A stretch of DNA of 64,000 nucleotides from Eledone cirrhosa (GCA_964016885.1 OZ024742.1:305722001-305786000), one strand, 5' to 3'. Shown: positions 26,838 to 42,069, counted from the first letter of the stretch. Program-made: numbers and translations. The notes: a model not told the origin generated them from the letters alone.

Positions 26838-28225
26838 TGTTCATGCATGTATGTATGTAAGTATGTTTGTTCATGCATGTATATATGTAAGTATGTATGT
26901 TCGTCTGTGTGAGTGTATATGTGTGTGTGTGTTTATAAACATATACATATATTTGTGTGTATGTGCGTGTAGGCAAACAAATGAAACTATATTTATGAAA
27001 ATATAATTTTATATGATCATAAGAACATGACTGTATATATATATACATATATATAAGAGATGTGTTTAAATATATATATATATATATAAATGGCTGTGTG
27101 TGTGTGTGTAAATGTGTATGTCTAGCACTATTTGATTTTTCTTCTGTTTGATATCTTAGCTCTTCTTTTATCTTTCTTACTCTTCATAAATAATTTCTTT
27201 GATAACCTTCCGCCTGTTTACCACACCACACTCACACACCCACCCATAGTCTCCTCTTTGCTACTTCTGTCTCATATTTCAAAACCGAACCATGGGGCCC
27301 CGACAAACGAGAGATATTTTGGTTAAGCTGATAGGCTAAGAAAGTGCATGGAAGTGATGGAAAAAGATAGAGTTAGCGTTTATATGTGTTTTATATACGT
27401 GTATTTGTGTAAATGTATGAGCTATTGAGAGAGAGAGGGAGAGAGAGAGAGAAGAAAAGACATAGTTGAGCTAAAGAAAGTAATGTACACAAAAATAGGA
27501 AATGAAAGTGAAAGTGAAAATACAGCGTAGAAAGAGGTAAGGGACCAGTGAAGAAGATGATGATGATGAGGCAGGAGGCTTGGCGAGAACTGGTTAATGG
27601 CAACACTAATAAGTTTAATTGACTGGCACAAGTTATTGACCTGAAATTTCGAATAGAGTTAGGGGATAGATAAACATATGGAGTCGGGGGGCTAAATAAT
27701 GGCGGTAGGCTTAATCATTTCACTTTGTTTCCTACTGTATTGTAACTTGTTCTACATGCACTCATGACACTTCTTTGTCACATATGCAAGTATCTGTAAC
27801 TCATGTGAGAACAAATGAATGTGGGTTGTTTCTCACTGCAGGAATTACAATCTAAAGTGAGATAGATTCATACTTTCATCACCATATTTGTAGTAAAATT
27901 CATTGTATTTGAATTGACTAATCCAGAATATCTAGGAATATGATGGCATATAGAATACTTTAAACAAAGGTTTCTTATGTAACTTTTGTTGGAGGATTTT
28001 AATTTAAATAGGAACCATTTGAAATGGGGTGGCGATGTTTCATAGAACAAAAGGGAACATTTGACGGGTTAGTTATAAAATGTTGATGGTATTGGTGTTT
28101 AGTCACAGATCGGAAGTGCTCATGCTGGCCTAGGATAAAATACTTTATATATTCGAACATTGAGCCTATGTTTCTGTACTGAATGCAACATTTTTCAATG
28201 ATCTTACGTTATTTTTGAAAGAGCA

Positions 28226-28409
28226 GTGGATTGGGAGTATTGGTAGAGGGTCGGACACCATGCTTTGCAGCATTGAGGTACAGCCCTTTATGATCTGAGT
28301 TCAAATCCCACCGAGGTTAACATTGCCTTTCATCCTTACGGGATCGATAAGATAAAGTACCAGTAACACACTGGGGTAATTGCTGGCCTTGTGCCAAAAG
28401 TAGAAACAA
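28226..28409 (+). mobile_element. SINE family S1 with a 17-bp TSD
   Basis: TSD TTATTTTTGAAAGAGCA at 28209-28225 and 28410-28426. Confidence 0.88.
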
Positions 28410-29103
28410 TTATTTTTGAAAGAGCAAACTTGATAGAAGGTGATCGAACGATGATAATCATGACGAAATTTAAACGGAACTTCGTTCAATGATGAGTGTT
28501 CCAGTTGTTAGATCAACGGGATGCCCTGTTCCTGAAATTAAAGGGTAACTGGCTGAGTATTCTGAAAAAGCCTTGAGAAAGTGTGTGACAAGTTTGGACC
28601 TAGGAATTATATAAACTGAGATATCTGAGATAATGCCAAACAGATTTCGCCTAATTTCGATAAAAAAGTCATGTACTGAAAAGACGCTACAGTAAAAAAA
28701 AAAAAAAACAATGGAAGATGCCACGTAGTAAGATTGAACCCGTGATTTAATAAATCCAATTTCGATAATTCATAAGGATTATTTCATCCATCTACACTAT
28801 AGCCCATCGGTATATAATACAGCATCTTAAAAAGACGGTATGAAGAATCAATCCGCCGCCATTATAATGATAACACAGACACATGGAATACGAGAGATAC
28901 AGACTTAGGTTCCTCGCCGTTGCCTCATCCCACCTATTCTGCGTTCCTCAATGCAAGTTTCACAATTTTCTACATTATTTATTGTGGTCGACTGTTATTG
29001 CCGTTATTTTCTGCGTTTTGGACTGTCACATCTAAATTCCTAGCACTACCGGCTCTTCAATGACTCATAAGGTTTACATACACACACTCACAAACACACA
29101 CAA

Positions 29104-29177
<74 letters not shown>

Positions 29178-29214
29178 GAGTATATATATATATATATGTG
29201 TGTGTGTATATATG

Positions 29215-29265
<51 letters not shown>

Positions 29266-29641
29266 GAGTATATATATATATATATATGTGTGTGTTTATA
29301 TGTGTGTATGTATATATATATAATCCTGCGTCTATGTTCGTCAATACATAGAGAATTTATTTTAAAATCCATATACATAGTAACCACCTCAAACCAAGCC
29401 ACAGACCTACACATTCTTTTTTCTTCCTTCTTCCCCCCACTCTATATATAATATTCTCACTTTCTGCATCTCCCCTTCTCTTTCTCTCAAACAAATGCTT
29501 ATAAATACTTATTCACTCCTTGGTGAAAGAGAAATATTTCACACACACTCACACATACCTACATACTGTCACTCTTACATATTCAACATTTTTACATTTC
29601 TTTGTTTAGCTCTTGAACTTTTTTTAATAATTCTTTATCAG

Positions 29642-29698
<57 letters not shown>

Positions 29699-29745
29699 TT
29701 CATTGTGTGTGTCTGCGTATGTATGTATGTATGCATGATAGTATG

Positions 29746-29779
<34 letters not shown>

Positions 29780-30283
29780 TAATATACATAATGTTTTTAT
29801 ACTTTTCCTATTTTCCATTCGTTCTTTAGTTTTAACGATAGAAATTTATTTGAAATCCTGTTTTTATACTTCAAACCAATGATTGTAACACATATGTGTA
29901 CACATGTTTAAGTATACGCTCGCTCACATTTACACGTTCTTGCATATTTATATATATGTACGTAACATACATATACAAAAATAGCTGACATACATACGTA
30001 CGTAACTCAATGTAACATGCATAGAGAGACAATTGCGTATATAAATGCATAAATTCATGTATATTCATGTAAAATCATAAACATATAGATATACAGACGT
30101 ACCTGTTTAAATAAATATACATACATGTGTACAGAAATAGAAACATACTTCCATGCATACAACCTGTGCATATAAACATATTAAGCAAATTTAAAAGGAT
30201 CTGCTTCATTTTCGACGCTGGGTATTTCAGTTTTTAACAATTGCTCATTAAATTATTGTTATATATATATATGTGTGTGCGTG

Positions 30284-30334
<51 letters not shown>

Positions 30335-31685
30335 GTGTGTGTGTTTGTGCGTGTGTGTTTCATGTATAGTAATGAATTAAAAGACAATACGTTTCTTTCA
30401 ATTTCGCCACATTCTGTTTATTTTATATTCACTGTTATAGGTTTTTCAATTGTATTTGTAATATAACCCTTGGGTACGATTCCATTAGACAGTTTTATTA
30501 CTTCCATAAACATTACTGATGTAGGTTCTTATCCGATATACAAGCTGGTGGGCTTAGTTCTTGCTTTTCCCCCCGTTCAGCTGGCATTTGAAGAAACAAC
30601 ACTCAAGTCTTCTCGCTGGTCGAATCAGGCAGTATTTTACTTATCTCGGATAAGTATTATAAAATACTGTCTGATTCGATCGTACCTGAAGATTATATAA
30701 CAGATACGTTCGAAATACGTATAACGGTGATTACTTAATTAATAAGATTTGGTGATATTCAAATATACTACCTTCTAATCCAATACTATATCTATATCAA
30801 TACTCATCCGTATACAAATGTACATGATAATATCAAAATGATAGAGTTATAATACTTGCAGTGCTCAATCCTGCTTACATATGTGTCTCTTAATCCATAC
30901 CTGAAAACTATATGGGTCTTATTAACATAGAATTCACATTATATATATATCTACATAAATAGCTTTGTGTGTGTTTTTGGACGCGTGCGTGGAATGAATG
31001 CACCGCCACGCAAATGATCATAATAAATATTACTTTCAAAAATTGGCTAAGGTATCCCAGGAAAAGGAAAAAGAGGCGCATGTCAACACCTTTATATGGT
31101 TCACGTTCATGCTAAAAAAACTGATTTGTCACGAAAGGAGAGATATGAAACTGCTATTGCTAGGCCCTGTACTTACACATTTGCCTATGCATTTACTTAC
31201 ACATTTGCATAAATGTATGCTTGCATGCTTAGACATGTTTAAGTGTAGATACTACATACTGAATTATTGGAATACATACAATTATGGATGTATGTATAAA
31301 TGATTAATATTCTACACATGAAAAATACTTTCATTCTTGTAATATATGTTAATATATGTTAATGATTATACGATTTGTAACGAACATAGATTCTGCAATG
31401 TCAATACTTTATTTCACTGTCACAACAATTCGAATATAGACTCAGTTTATGAGCGTCGTGATGGATGCATGCGAATTGCAGAGAAATGATTTAATATTTA
31501 CTATTAACAAGCGATTGCATACATCACTACAACACACATAAATTGACTACAAATATACAAAAACTGCATATGTATATTCCGTTGAGCACCATTTATGTGG
31601 AATATATGTCGGAATATATCCTTGAGATAAGAGGGAATTGAGTTTATACATGTGTTACATTGTGTTATATTTGTATTAAAGATGT

Positions 31686-31750
<65 letters not shown>

Positions 31751-31758
<8 letters not shown>

Positions 31759-31828
31759 AGATCAAAAGATGGTTAAAAGAGTTCCATGTACATGGAACTC
31801 TTTTAAACATCTTTTGATCTTATATATT
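31751..31828. repeat. 78-bp palindrome abutting (TA)n, with a tail to ~31915
   Basis: AATATATAAGATCAAAAGATGGTTAAAAGAGTTCCA-TGTACA-TGGAACTCTTTTAAACATCTTTTGATCTTATATATT. Confidence 0.9.
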
Positions 31829-31932
31829 CTTTATACTCCAGTCCTACAAACTGTAGAGTGCTACTTATCCGATATCTGCTTGCTTTACTGTACTACAATA
31901 AAACTCACTTCCTACATATATATATATATATA

Positions 31933-32046
<114 letters not shown>

Positions 32047-32081
32047 TATATATATATATAGACATATATATATATATACAC

Positions 32082-32114
<33 letters not shown>

Positions 32115-32550
32115 TGTTCGTGTGTGTGTGTATGTGTGTGTTTATGTATGTAGCATATGTATAGGCATATGCACACGCACACACATAGATATGTACATAT
32201 TTATAGTTATATATGTATGTATATTTGTGTGTGTGTTTGTGTGTATAATACTTTTCCTGTGGTTTGTATTTTCTTCACGTTTTGGTAAGTTTATTTTTTG
32301 TATACAAGTTCATCTGTTGCTTCCGAATTTTAGTGTATTTAAATGAAATGCTGTACACTCGGGAGCTAATTAATATTTATAAATGTTGTGAGTATGAACA
32401 AGACTGCAGATACGAAATACAATATTCTATACATCAAATAATCTGCTGTACTAACTGTGTCTGCTCCCTGAAGGATTGAATACTTATTTTGTATCTGTAA
32501 GTTATATTCATGCTCAAAAATACCCAGTTTTGACCTATATAACTATGTAT

Positions 32551-32920
32551 CTAGGAGAAGGAAAACTCTGATATAACACCTGCAACCCTGGTGGTATCCA
32601 ATGATGTTGACTTGTTCTTCTTTTTGGTAAATATCATCTTGGTTAAGAGAGTGGGACTGGCTTTGTGCAGTGCCTTTGCTCACTATAAAAGCTTCACGGC
32701 ACAAGCATTGCTTTGTATCTGGAGATCTCTCTGCACTTGTCGTCACATGGTACCAAAGGTAAAGCACTGTGTCAATAATTGTCACAAGTGTAGTGTTTGT
32801 ACCAGAGTTTTCAAGTCGCTGGCTGGACTAAAAAGTCACACTCGTTCAGCGCATCGGTAGGGGTTCTCCTACATGGATATACAGTAGTGGCCGTACTCAA
32901 AAACGAGTTGGCAGTCACCA
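32551..32920 (+). mobile_element. 5'-truncated copy of the same RTE-derived element
   Basis: Encodes [22 protein letters not shown], a C2H2 finger typical of RTE ORF C-termini. Short 3'UTR and (TA)n tail. Confidence 0.7.
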
Positions 32921-33024
<104 letters not shown>

Positions 33025-33088
33025 CATACATACATATTTTTACAGGCCAAGATTGGGCCCTGACTTTCTACTACCTATATATATATAA

Positions 33089-33138
<50 letters not shown>

Positions 33139-33142
<4 letters not shown>

Positions 33143-33216
33143 CCCACTCTACTACCCTAAGTATTGAGTACTCTGGTGCGTTATGGTCCATCTGGTTCCT
33201 TAGCACAACTCCTTCG

Positions 33217-33220
<4 letters not shown>
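33139..33220 (+). mobile_element. Solo tail of family A inside (TA)n
   Basis: ATTACCCACTCTACTACCCTAAG...CTTCGTTA with (TA)n on both sides. Confidence 0.8.
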
Positions 33221-33257
<37 letters not shown>

Positions 33258-35290
33258 TGTGTGTGTGTGTGGGTGTGATGTGTGTGAGTGTAGGAAAAAG
33301 GAGTTGAAGAAGTAGTTGGAGTCTTTGAGAAGGTATTTTTAAAATAACTTAAAACTTTACCGGTTTCACAAGATTTTGGATTTTCAAAGATGTGTGGCTA
33401 TGCTGTCGTATAGCTCGCATATATATATATGTACATGTATATTTATGTATTTATGTACATATGTATATATGTATACACACAAACACACATATATGTTTAT
33501 GTATGTATGTATGTATGTATGTATGTATGTGTGTATATATATATATAGTTATATATATATATATATATACATACATATATGATGGCGGCAAATTCTGCTA
33601 AGAGTATTGCAATTGCTTGTGAGATTCAGATGTGTGCCGCTCGGATATGGCTTGTTAAGCCTGCTAGAGACTTGCACTCCTTCACACACTGACGACAACT
33701 ATGGATCTCCGTATGCATCAGGCTGCTTGTGGACCCTCACAATATCACGCTTATTGTACTGATACAAACGTGTGTATGTATTTGAAAATATTGGTTCCTG
33801 CATGTATATATGTCTGCATATCATAATATCCCATACTTTACGTTGTTCCGTGTAAATTAGAGTCTAATGCTTTGTAAGCAATGTCTCATTCTAAATGTAA
33901 TGTTGTACACCAATCTGCATACACATGAATACATATATATTGGCTAATGGTACAGTTATTCATATACTTATAATATATAATAATACATTTCTCTACCTTC
34001 AATTCTTTCACTCGTATAGTCAAATATACTTATACACAGGCAGATGCTTACATATAAATATATATTGTATGTATGTCTATCTATGTGTATCTTTGTGTCG
34101 ATACATACACATGCACACACATATATATCTATGTATATCAACACATTTGTATAAACACACACATATGTACATATATATATGTGTGTATGTTTTTGAGTGT
34201 CTGTGAGTGTGTGTGTTTATACAACGATCTAAATATGTTTGTTTATATATATATACATTGACACAACGTGTATATATGTATAGATATCTATATCTATCGA
34301 TCTATCCATATATATATATATGTATGTATATGTATTTCTATATATAAATATATATATATATATGTATATATATATGTATATATATATATGTGTGTGTGTA
34401 TGTGTGTGTAGCTATGTATATGTTATGTGAGTATCTATATTTATACGCAGTTATCTATCTTTCTTCTGGGAAACGACAATCAATATATAGCCACAAGGGA
34501 ACATGCCAAGAAGATGTCATCTATATAATATTGGATTGTGTTTTAGAATTTTATTCAAGTTTTCATTTGAGTTGTATTGAAATGCCACGACTATCTTTAT
34601 TCCTTGTCCATTGAAGGCAGCAGATAAGGTGTGGTAGGAGTAAAAGTAAAAATTTAGAAAAAAATTAAATAATCGATTATGAATTAACAAATATATAAAC
34701 AGGGAATTCCAAACGTGTGGCTATCTCACCCATTCATAGTTTAGATGCATATATAAATATACATACATGTATATCTATTCATATATATATATATATATAT
34801 ATATTGTGTGTGTTTGTGTATGTGTATGTACACAGGAAAATGACAATGAATAAAACGGATAGACGGACAGTCCCATCTTCTGAGTCAACCTCTGGAAGTT
34901 ACTACAGTTTCGGTATTGTTCATTCTAACACACATTGGAACAGAACAAAACTGGTTATACCCCTAGGCAAATCACACAAATACAGAGTGTGTAAGGTCTT
35001 AGCCAAAGGAGGAAAAAAATTAAGTCGAAAATAGTTAAACTGAAGTGAATAATAAGGACTCTAGTGCAACGTGCAGACAAAAAAGAAGGACACTAAGGCG
35101 TAGGAAAATTAAGAAGAGAGAAAAAAGGGAAAGAGGCTGGGTAGTGTGATGTCCATTATATATATATATATATATATATATAAAGGATGCCTCTCTATAT
35201 ATGGAGTAACCTATGTGTATTTCATCTATGACTGGATTTCTCGGATGTCCATGTCTATATCTATCCGTCTATCTATCTATCTATCTATTT

Positions 35291-37213
35291 ATAGGGTCGA
35301 CCATGGTTACCTGGATGCGGTGCTAGCGGCGGCAGTCTTCGGACCCGTTTTCAGGGGCTGGATCAATGCCATGCACAGCAGCCACATCTGCTCTAGGGTC
35401 AAGGTGAATGGCTACCTCTCGGAGCCGTTCGAAATCGTGCGGTCCATCCGACAGGGGTGCCCTCTCTCCTCCCTTCTGTATGTAATGACTCTAGAGCCAC
35501 TGCTGCGGAAGTTGGAGTTGTTGCAGGGCATCCCGTTGGAACCGGGATTGCGGAAAGCAGTGTCAGCCTACGCCGATGACGTAACAGTAATGGTGTCGAC
35601 GGCCTCGGAAATCGGGGCGATCGGCACCTTACAGGAGGAGTACGAAAGTTTTACAGGGGCTAAGCTGAACCGGGACAAGTCGATCGGTCTGCAACTCGGC
35701 ACGTGGAGGGGCAGATCGATGCCCTCCGATGGCGTCGTCGGGCGCTGGACGGAGGGCCCGGTGAAGTTGCTCGGGGTCTGGTTCGGACCAGACCTCCAGG
35801 TGGAGAAGAACTGGGGTGAGGTGACGAACAGGGTGTTTGCACTGACCCAGAAGTGGGCCGAGTGCAAACTGTCCCTGAAAGGTCGGGCGGAGGTGGCGAG
35901 AACTTATATAGCGTCTGTCATCTACTACCGCCTAACCGTTGTGCCTTGCCCAAGGGAAACGCTCGCCAAAATGGAGCGCGCACTCTTCCAATTCCTTTGG
36001 AAGAAGCGGGCTCCTATGGTGAGGAGATCCATCTGCTGTCAACACCCTTCGAAAGGAGGGCTGGGGATGCCGTGGCTAATGATACGTAAACACGCATTAA
36101 GGCTACGGCACCTTCAGGTATTCCTCTCCGGTCAACCGGTGTGGGCCCCGTTTGTGAGGCGAGCCTTTCCCAGACTCGTCTTACTCATCGAGCTGCAATC
36201 CTGGGTCAAGCAAAGACCGAGAAAACTGGGCGCCTGGCACACCGAGTGTGCCCAGGCGCTCACGGCTCTCTGGCAGGCGGACCCGGCTGTCAGTGGAGAA
36301 TCCACCTCGTCATTCTATAGAGGGCTGGTGGTTAGCAGGTGCGACGACGCCCTCGGAGAAGCCCTAGTCATGGAGGAAGACGAACTGGCCAACCTGTTCG
36401 GTAGGACATTCAGCCCGGGACCCATGGATAACTTCCAGAGGTCCCTGGCCTGGCAATGCTACAGAAGGGCTCTGCCCGTTCGAGAAAGGCTCTACAGACA
36501 CGGGCGCCCGGGTAGGGACCCATCGAAAAAGATCTGTCCCAGATGCGTGTGCGACGAGGAAACCGTTGCACACGCACTGGTACACTGCTCGGGCATTGCC
36601 GATCTGTGGGGCTATGTCGAACAACTGCTGTCAAGGGTGGGACCGATCCGGTTGACCACCGAGTCTATTGTAACGATCAAGCCGCCTCCCCTCTTCAAAA
36701 ACGAAGGAGAGGCGGTGTTTCTGTGCGTAATAGCCATGGCGAAAGAGGTTGTATGGTGGACGCGTCTGAAAGGACTGATGTCAGACACCTTTCTCTCTGG
36801 CCAACAACTGGTTCGTTTCTTCCGATATCATTTCGGAAGAAGGATCAGGATGGAGAGAGAGGTGCTGCACCCCAGCCGTTTCTATGAAAGATGGGTGAAA
36901 GTGGCGAGAATGGCCCGTGTGAATGGGCCTTCACTCTACATGAGACTATAGGTGAGGAAGATGAAAGACCAAGGGAGCACCCCTTCTCTCTGCTCCTGAG
37001 GAGAAGGGTTGCACACTTTTTTCGGGGGTGTGTGCGACCCCCCAAGACGCCTCCTCTCTATTGAGGACTTTGTTATAAATTTTATTTTTTGTTATATTTT
37101 ATTTTATTTTTATATATTGTTATTGCCTCCTCCTTATTGAGGACGCCTTGTTTTGTAAACTCCCCCCATTGTACTTGTCCCACTTTTGATGCCCTGGTGG
37201 CAAATAAAAGAAA
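35291..37213 (+). mobile_element. 5'-truncated copy of the same Tx1-like family (RT 3' half + 3'UTR), in (ATCT)n
   Basis: Aligns by eye to 49859-51781 starting at ATAGGGTCGACC. The frame is open to the stop at 36951. Short (ATCT)n at ~35268-35288 upstream and long (ATCT)n at ~37217-37317 downstream. Confidence 0.93.
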
Positions 37214-37215
37214 CA

Positions 37216-37317
<102 letters not shown>

Positions 37318-38122
37318 ACTAGCTCTCTGTCTATCTATCTAACTATTTCTCTGTCTATCTATCTCAATACTTTATGTACCTATTTATAACACTTCCTTGA
37401 ATTTTTCCTATACAATGCACTTAGTTTCTGACTAAATAGACCTCTCTATCTCTGCAATCTTAACATAAAAGCCTTGCCTCCTGAATTTTAGAAATTTGTT
37501 GCAGAAATCTTTGCTCTGTTTACTCTATTTCTATAGTCTGCCTTTGCTGTCCTCTCTCAATGTTTGATTACCCACCTTTCGAGGATTACATCAGTGACAT
37601 AACTCTATGCAATAATGATTATGTGTACAAATGTAAATATATAATCTGGTTACGAATTAGTGATGCTGAATGAATGCACATGTTGAGGCATAGATATGCA
37701 TTAGCTGCGAAAATTCATGATCATAATTTAACGATCAGTTATTTAATGAATACTAAATCAAGTCTTTTTCGATGTATAGAACTAGCAGTTTACATGGACA
37801 AAACGCTATAAATGTCATAAAAGCAAACCTGCATGATCAACCCAATGATAAATATTACAATGTACAACGGGTATATATATGAACAGGTGATATAAGCTGA
37901 AGTCATGCTCAGTAATATTCAAAGTCAAAAGATCTACATAATGTAAAATTCTTAAGCATGTTCTCTACTGCACTGTTTGTATCGTATGTTGCAACTTTAC
38001 TGTTGGTGCGCAGAAATAATAATATATTTACAAATGAAAATTTCGAAAGCTTTTGAAGTTGTATGTCTTTCCCCTCCCAAAGATTTAATAAACAGACTCG
38101 TGCTTTTGTATACTCATCTACC

Positions 38123-38205
<83 letters not shown>

Positions 38206-38898
38206 CTCTCTCTTTTTTTTCTAAATCCCACACACTCACAAACTGAATTCTATGCTCTCATGTGTTTGAATAAATAAATAATTAAAATAAAGTAAAAAAA
38301 TAAAACAAAAAATGCTTTGTGTTCATACACATGAGATTTTTTTCCAAAATAAATTTCACAAACACTTTCTGAAAATTTTGTGAAATTATATGAGGCTGGC
38401 TGTATACAGCCATCTTTCTATTATTTTTCCAAATTTTGAATTATGCGTAATAAAATGGTGCAAGCGGATCTCTGACTGCCTGAACTTCGATTTCGAAAGG
38501 AGGAAGCCTGACAATTCCGTTTCCTTCCTAGTCTCTGAAGAAAGCCATATAACTATCGAAAATCATTTCACTTTTCAATGCATTATCTCAGAATAAGTTC
38601 TGTCTAAATTGAAATAAATTCGGTTTCTTCAAGACTTTTTCACATATTCTTCGATATAGCTATTAATCCCATTCAACGTTCTGCTAGAAACTTGTTACTC
38701 AATATTGTAAACTTATTGTTTTCGACATTTCTTTCACAATATAAAGTTATTTCTGCTTGGCAATAACAATGTGCTGACAATATGAAACTTTGGGATTAGA
38801 AGTATAAGGGTTTGAGTGGGATTAGATAGCATTAACAATTTAGTTTCTCAATTCTTCTTTTAGAAACATAACTTCAGATAATTTGGACAAATTCTATA

Positions 38899-39068
38899 CA
38901 GTGAAATTCCATTATAACGAAATTCACAGGGTCTAAAAAAAATTCTTTGTAACGAGATCGACCGAAACAAATCGTGCGTTTGTTTGTTATTACCTCGGGG
39001 ATTGAATCAAATTTCGTTATACTGAAAAATTAGTTATAATGGTATTCGTTATAACAGAATTTTACCAG
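38899..39068. mobile_element. MITE, Tigger-like, with TA TSD
   Basis: TA|CAGTGAAATTCCATTATAACGAA ... TTCGTTATAACAGAATTTTACCAG|TA; imperfect TIRs. Confidence 0.65.
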
Positions 39069-41213
39069 TAATATGTATGCTCAAGTCCGTCGCTGGTCTT
39101 GTGTCATTCATATAAAGCAAACTGATGTTCCCAATAAAGAAATAAAGTATTTATCAAATTAGAAAAATTCAATTGCTGTATTTTTTATTATTATTGAAAC
39201 ATATTATTGGACAAGAAGATTCATTTTTATAAATGAAAGACATCTAATATGGTACTGAAAATTATTTTGAAATACGTATTAATTAACTTTTGTGTATGGG
39301 TCAAGTCGCCGAGTCTCGATTGCTCGTCACGGACACAAAATTGTAAGTCGTTAGGTTTTACAATTTTTTAATATCCCATAGCATCCCTTTTCGTGACCAG
39401 GGAATTAGTTAAACCTGATCAATTACTGATTTTGTATAAAGCTGAAGTATAAGTAATCCCCACGTCATCCTACACACAAACATTGAAAAGATGGACATCA
39501 TATTTATTGCCAAATATTTAGTCATCTCCAGAGGGTAACTTTGATTTCACTAATGAATTATTTCCAATTTCTGCATTCACAACAATCCTCTCTGCTCATC
39601 TAAACTATTTAATTCCATATTAGTAATGCCCTTTTCATAGTATCTTCTCTCTTAAGCGACAATCCTAAATATTTTCCCCTATTCTGATTCCCCTGCATTC
39701 CCAGGACAGATAACTTTGAGAATTCCCTTCTCTATATATGTTTCCAACAAGTATATTAATCTGAATATGAATTGCCGACACTTCACATGTGTGTTTATAA
39801 ACCTTGTTTATCATAATTCCATTCACATCTAGATCTTATACAAATCTAAGTCAATGCAGTACACGACAAGTACATTAACCACACCAGAAAGATGAAAAGA
39901 AGAGTTGGCTTCGGTGTGGTATGTACTCAGAACGTAAAGGGTTATAACTAAATACCGCTAGGTATTTTGTTTTACACAAATAACTATTTTGACAATACCC
40001 CGCCTGAAAATGTAATGAACAACAATTTTATTATTCCGGTAAGCAGATAAAAGAAACAGTTCAATGTACCACCAATGTTGCCATAGACAAACTTCTTAAT
40101 AAAATTATAAGAAGATATGAATCTGAAAGATGGGATATCTGGTATGAATACGAAGATGGTAGCTTTGAACAATTAATGTGACCATATGATAAAATAACAA
40201 GTTAATATTATTGAAAGTGACGAAAAAATATTTCATAAATACATATATATATCATAAATATTGCACTTATTTAAATCATTAGAAATAGGATTAGATAAAT
40301 CTGAGAAATAACACAATCACAAAACTGGGAAACCAATTGAGATACATGTGATGTGGGTTATCTAGGAATATCATCTTAAACAGTACACATGTATACGTGT
40401 TTACAAAAAGAATTAAATTTGAAGCTGAAAAAGGAAATTCAATTTCCTCGTTCAACCGGCTAAATCTAACGAATAAGCTCTGTAAACATAACCTAGCATA
40501 TTAAAGATTACATTGTATACTGTACTGTGTTCTTAAAAGAAGACGGAATGGTCAAATTTGGAAAAACTTTGAGCATAGATTTGCACGGCTAGGTATGCTG
40601 TCATGCTATATAATGACACGGAACAAATGAACTGCATTGTTATAGGCATACGAGCAGATATGGTTATGGAGTTGACAAGATTACCTAGAATCTAAGTGTC
40701 ATTGAGTTCAATCATGCTGGAGGATTTTGATCTTTTCGGTGCATCATGATTGCTAAGTGAAATTCTTAACCAATTCGCCTTATATGTATTCACACACAGA
40801 AGTATGAAATATTTCACGACCTTATTTCGCATGCATGCAATTGAATATCAATTTTAATTATTTGTAAGTACATCAAGAATAATCAATTCATATCAATCGA
40901 CATATTGTTATAATCACACATACTACGCGTACTCACACAAACACGCACGCACTCATAAATATGTAAATATGTGTGAGATCTCCGTCTGTTTTGACGATGA
41001 GCACTGTAGTTGTTTGGACAACTAAATTATGTTCGTGTTAAATTATAGTGTAAGTGGCGGTGTATTGCACCGACATAATTACTTTAACGAACTTCTCGAT
41101 CAGAATCGACTGACAGTGTGCCTTGTGACAATGGTACAATCTATCCAATGATATTCGAAGTATAAAACCTGGACACATCGTCACAGAAAGGGCACTTCTT
41201 AAATACTAGGTCA

Positions 41214-41270
<57 letters not shown>

Positions 41271-41335
41271 GCACACGCATGCATATATATGTACATACAT
41301 ACCCGTGTATGTATGTATCTCTTTCTCCCCCCACC

Positions 41336-41395
<60 letters not shown>

Positions 41396-41530
41396 TTTGA
41401 ACAATGAAAATTAAACAAAAAGGCGAAGATATGTTCTTTATTAATTCTTTGTTTTACGATCATTTCAGTGGGTTGATTGAACATGCTAAATCAATATATT
41501 GACTAATTGATAGTGGTTATGTCCACCACA

Positions 41531-41860
41531 TACTCTAGGGTCTCGAATAATCACAACCGCATTTTGTTAATTTTCAAATTTTTTTAACCTCCTCGGACTT
41601 ATTCCAACCCCCTCTTATTAAATATTAATCTATCTCCGTCTAAATTTTTCTTTATACATTAAAAAATATTACATGACCAAAAATGTATATTACTAGAAAC
41701 TCCATATGTTATAAAATAAATTGGATAAATAAACTAAACATCTGATTCTGGTTTTTAAGACACCAATGGGGACAAAGTAGGAAAAATTACCGATTTTCCA
41801 AAAGCTCACCATATTTCAACTCCCTCGCTTATGCCCCTCATTATTTGGGAGCTGAGAGTA
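41531..41860. mobile_element. Old MITE-like element
   Basis: Imperfect TIRs TACTCTAGGGTCTCGAATAAT / ATTATTTGGGAGCTGAGAGTA. Confidence 0.45.
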
Positions 41861-42069
41861 TATACGGACGTGCTTGTGTAGGTACGGGTGTGTGTGGACG
41901 GGAAGGGGCAGTTAGGCGCCTACTATCAGGTGTTGTCAGGTAAAATATGTCCAAAACTTATGTAACCGAATCTTCATCGCTTTCCTTAATATATATATCT
42001 ACATATATATATATATATATACATACATACACACACACACATACACACACACACATATATATATATATA

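Noticed and set aside
30684-30728. CTGAAGA...GAAATACGTATA hammerhead-like string
   Set aside because: Stem II does not pair convincingly; at best a decayed copy.
35146-35290. N-terminal part of the 601-aa ORF
   Set aside because: Chance read-in from flanking TA/ATCT repeats. Homology to the LINE starts at 35291.
38533-38570. CTGAAGA...CGAAAAT
   Set aside because: No stem II or stem III pairing.
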